This document shows positions 63,021 to 64,000 of a stretch of DNA of 64,000 nucleotides, piece after piece. A program made the translations under genes and the position numbers. The stretch is taken from assembly GCF_006345805.1 (NCBI RefSeq), contig NC_043006.1, positions 40,610,001 to 40,674,000 of the forward strand, read 5' to 3'. Numbering within the stretch: the stretch's first letter is position 1; the number at the start of each line of letters is the position of its first letter. Below the pieces are notes generated by a model that saw nothing but the letters and a program-made list of their open reading frames with translations, ran no database searches and had not been told where the DNA came from. This DNA is from Octopus sinensis (taxonomy: Eukaryota).

Positions 63021-64000
63021 CTTACTTCAAAACTCCTGACACATTATTAGTAATTGTCCCCCACCAAGCTGAGCTTAGTTATATATGCTTTTGTTTTCCC
63101 CATTTAGTTCTTTAGTTTAACTATTGCAGTCTAAACAGTATTGTGCAATACCATGAACAATAAATAGCAGCCGTTGAATGTCATAAAAAAGTCTATCTAC
63201 CAACAGCTTTGATGTCATTCAGAAACCCTGGCAACTGGCAATATACTTATCAAAGTCACCTGTTCAGATAACATCTGGTACAGGTTTTCAGAATTCAATA
63301 ATTGCACAGTTAGCAGCAGATGCATCTAAGTAAATAATTACAGGTGTGGCTAAAAATACATCCATCAAGGCAAATTAAAAAAGAAATACAAAAGAAATAA
63401 CACACCAGATATTGATAACCTCATCAAAACTTCTCAAACACAATACATGAAAACAAGAAGTGACTGATTCAGTATTGACGCAGACATTGATTTATCAATT
63501 TATGGTACCATCGACATCGACTCCCTCTTGGACTTGAACTCCTGTGTTTCAAATTAATCAAATATTTCTGACATCGATTGAAAGCACACAACATGGACGG
63601 TTAATGGAAGTCATCAGGATATTTTGTGCCATTCAGACCTGTTGAAGTTTGACTTTAAAGAACATAACTGTGTCTCTGAGGCATTTTTCTTACTTGTTTC
63701 ATTTATTGGACTGTGGCCATGCTGGGGCACTATCCTAAAGGTTTTCTTTTTAAGCCAAACAGATTGACCTCTGTACTTATTTTTAAGCCTGGTATTTATT
63801 CTGTCGGACTATTTTGCTGAGCAACAAGTTATGGGGACATAAACAAACCAACACCAGTTGCAAAGTGGAGTATGTGTACACACACACACACACACATATA
63901 AGGTGGGCTTCCACACAGTTTTTGTCTAGCAAATTCACTTGCAATGTTCCCATACAGTGGGACTGAACCCTGTTCCACTTGGCTGCAAAGTAAGTTTCTT

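Noticed and set aside
59661-64000. Search for DFPase 5' exons (PGAEGPVF / GEILRID equivalents)
   Set aside because: No matching peptide was found on the minus strand; they are presumed to lie beyond the window, so none is annotated.

Overview
AT-rich, repeat-dense eukaryotic DNA, almost certainly from a cephalopod (Octopus-like). The basis is a clear orthologue of squid DFPase plus SINE and microsatellite architecture typical of octopus. Four protein-coding genes were reconstructed by hand from GT-AG junctions and reading phase: a 5-coding-exon BTB-BACK-Kelch gene (+, 1169-9958), an intronless CPSF2/CPSF100 (-, 17867-20197), a 12-exon DSCC1/DCC1 (+, 24940-47173), and the last four exons of a DFPase (-, 50263-59660; 5' exons lie outside the window). 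Introns and spacers are filled with tRNA-head SINEs, 5'-truncated RTE LINE tails, Tc1/mariner, piggyBac-type and hAT MITEs, a Helitron, and an R4/Dong-type retrotransposon inserted in (TAA)n. The most unusual signal is absent from the ORF track: several unrelated short elements carry hammerhead-ribozyme cores with palindromic (dimer-type) stem III, as in Penelope-like elements. These are a canonical motif at 23069-23179, an intact minimal variant at 60140-60174 in a (TA)n-embedded ~185-nt element, two adjacent fold-back elements at 23.4 and 23.7 kb, and a palindromic element family with tRNA-like heads and decayed hammerhead-like arms. Other notable points are the intronless CPSF2, a DFPase exon fragment embedded in a MITE, and two opposed satellite arrays amplified from one LINE 3'UTR module in DSCC1 intron 1. 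All family assignments come from recalled motifs and were not checked by database search.
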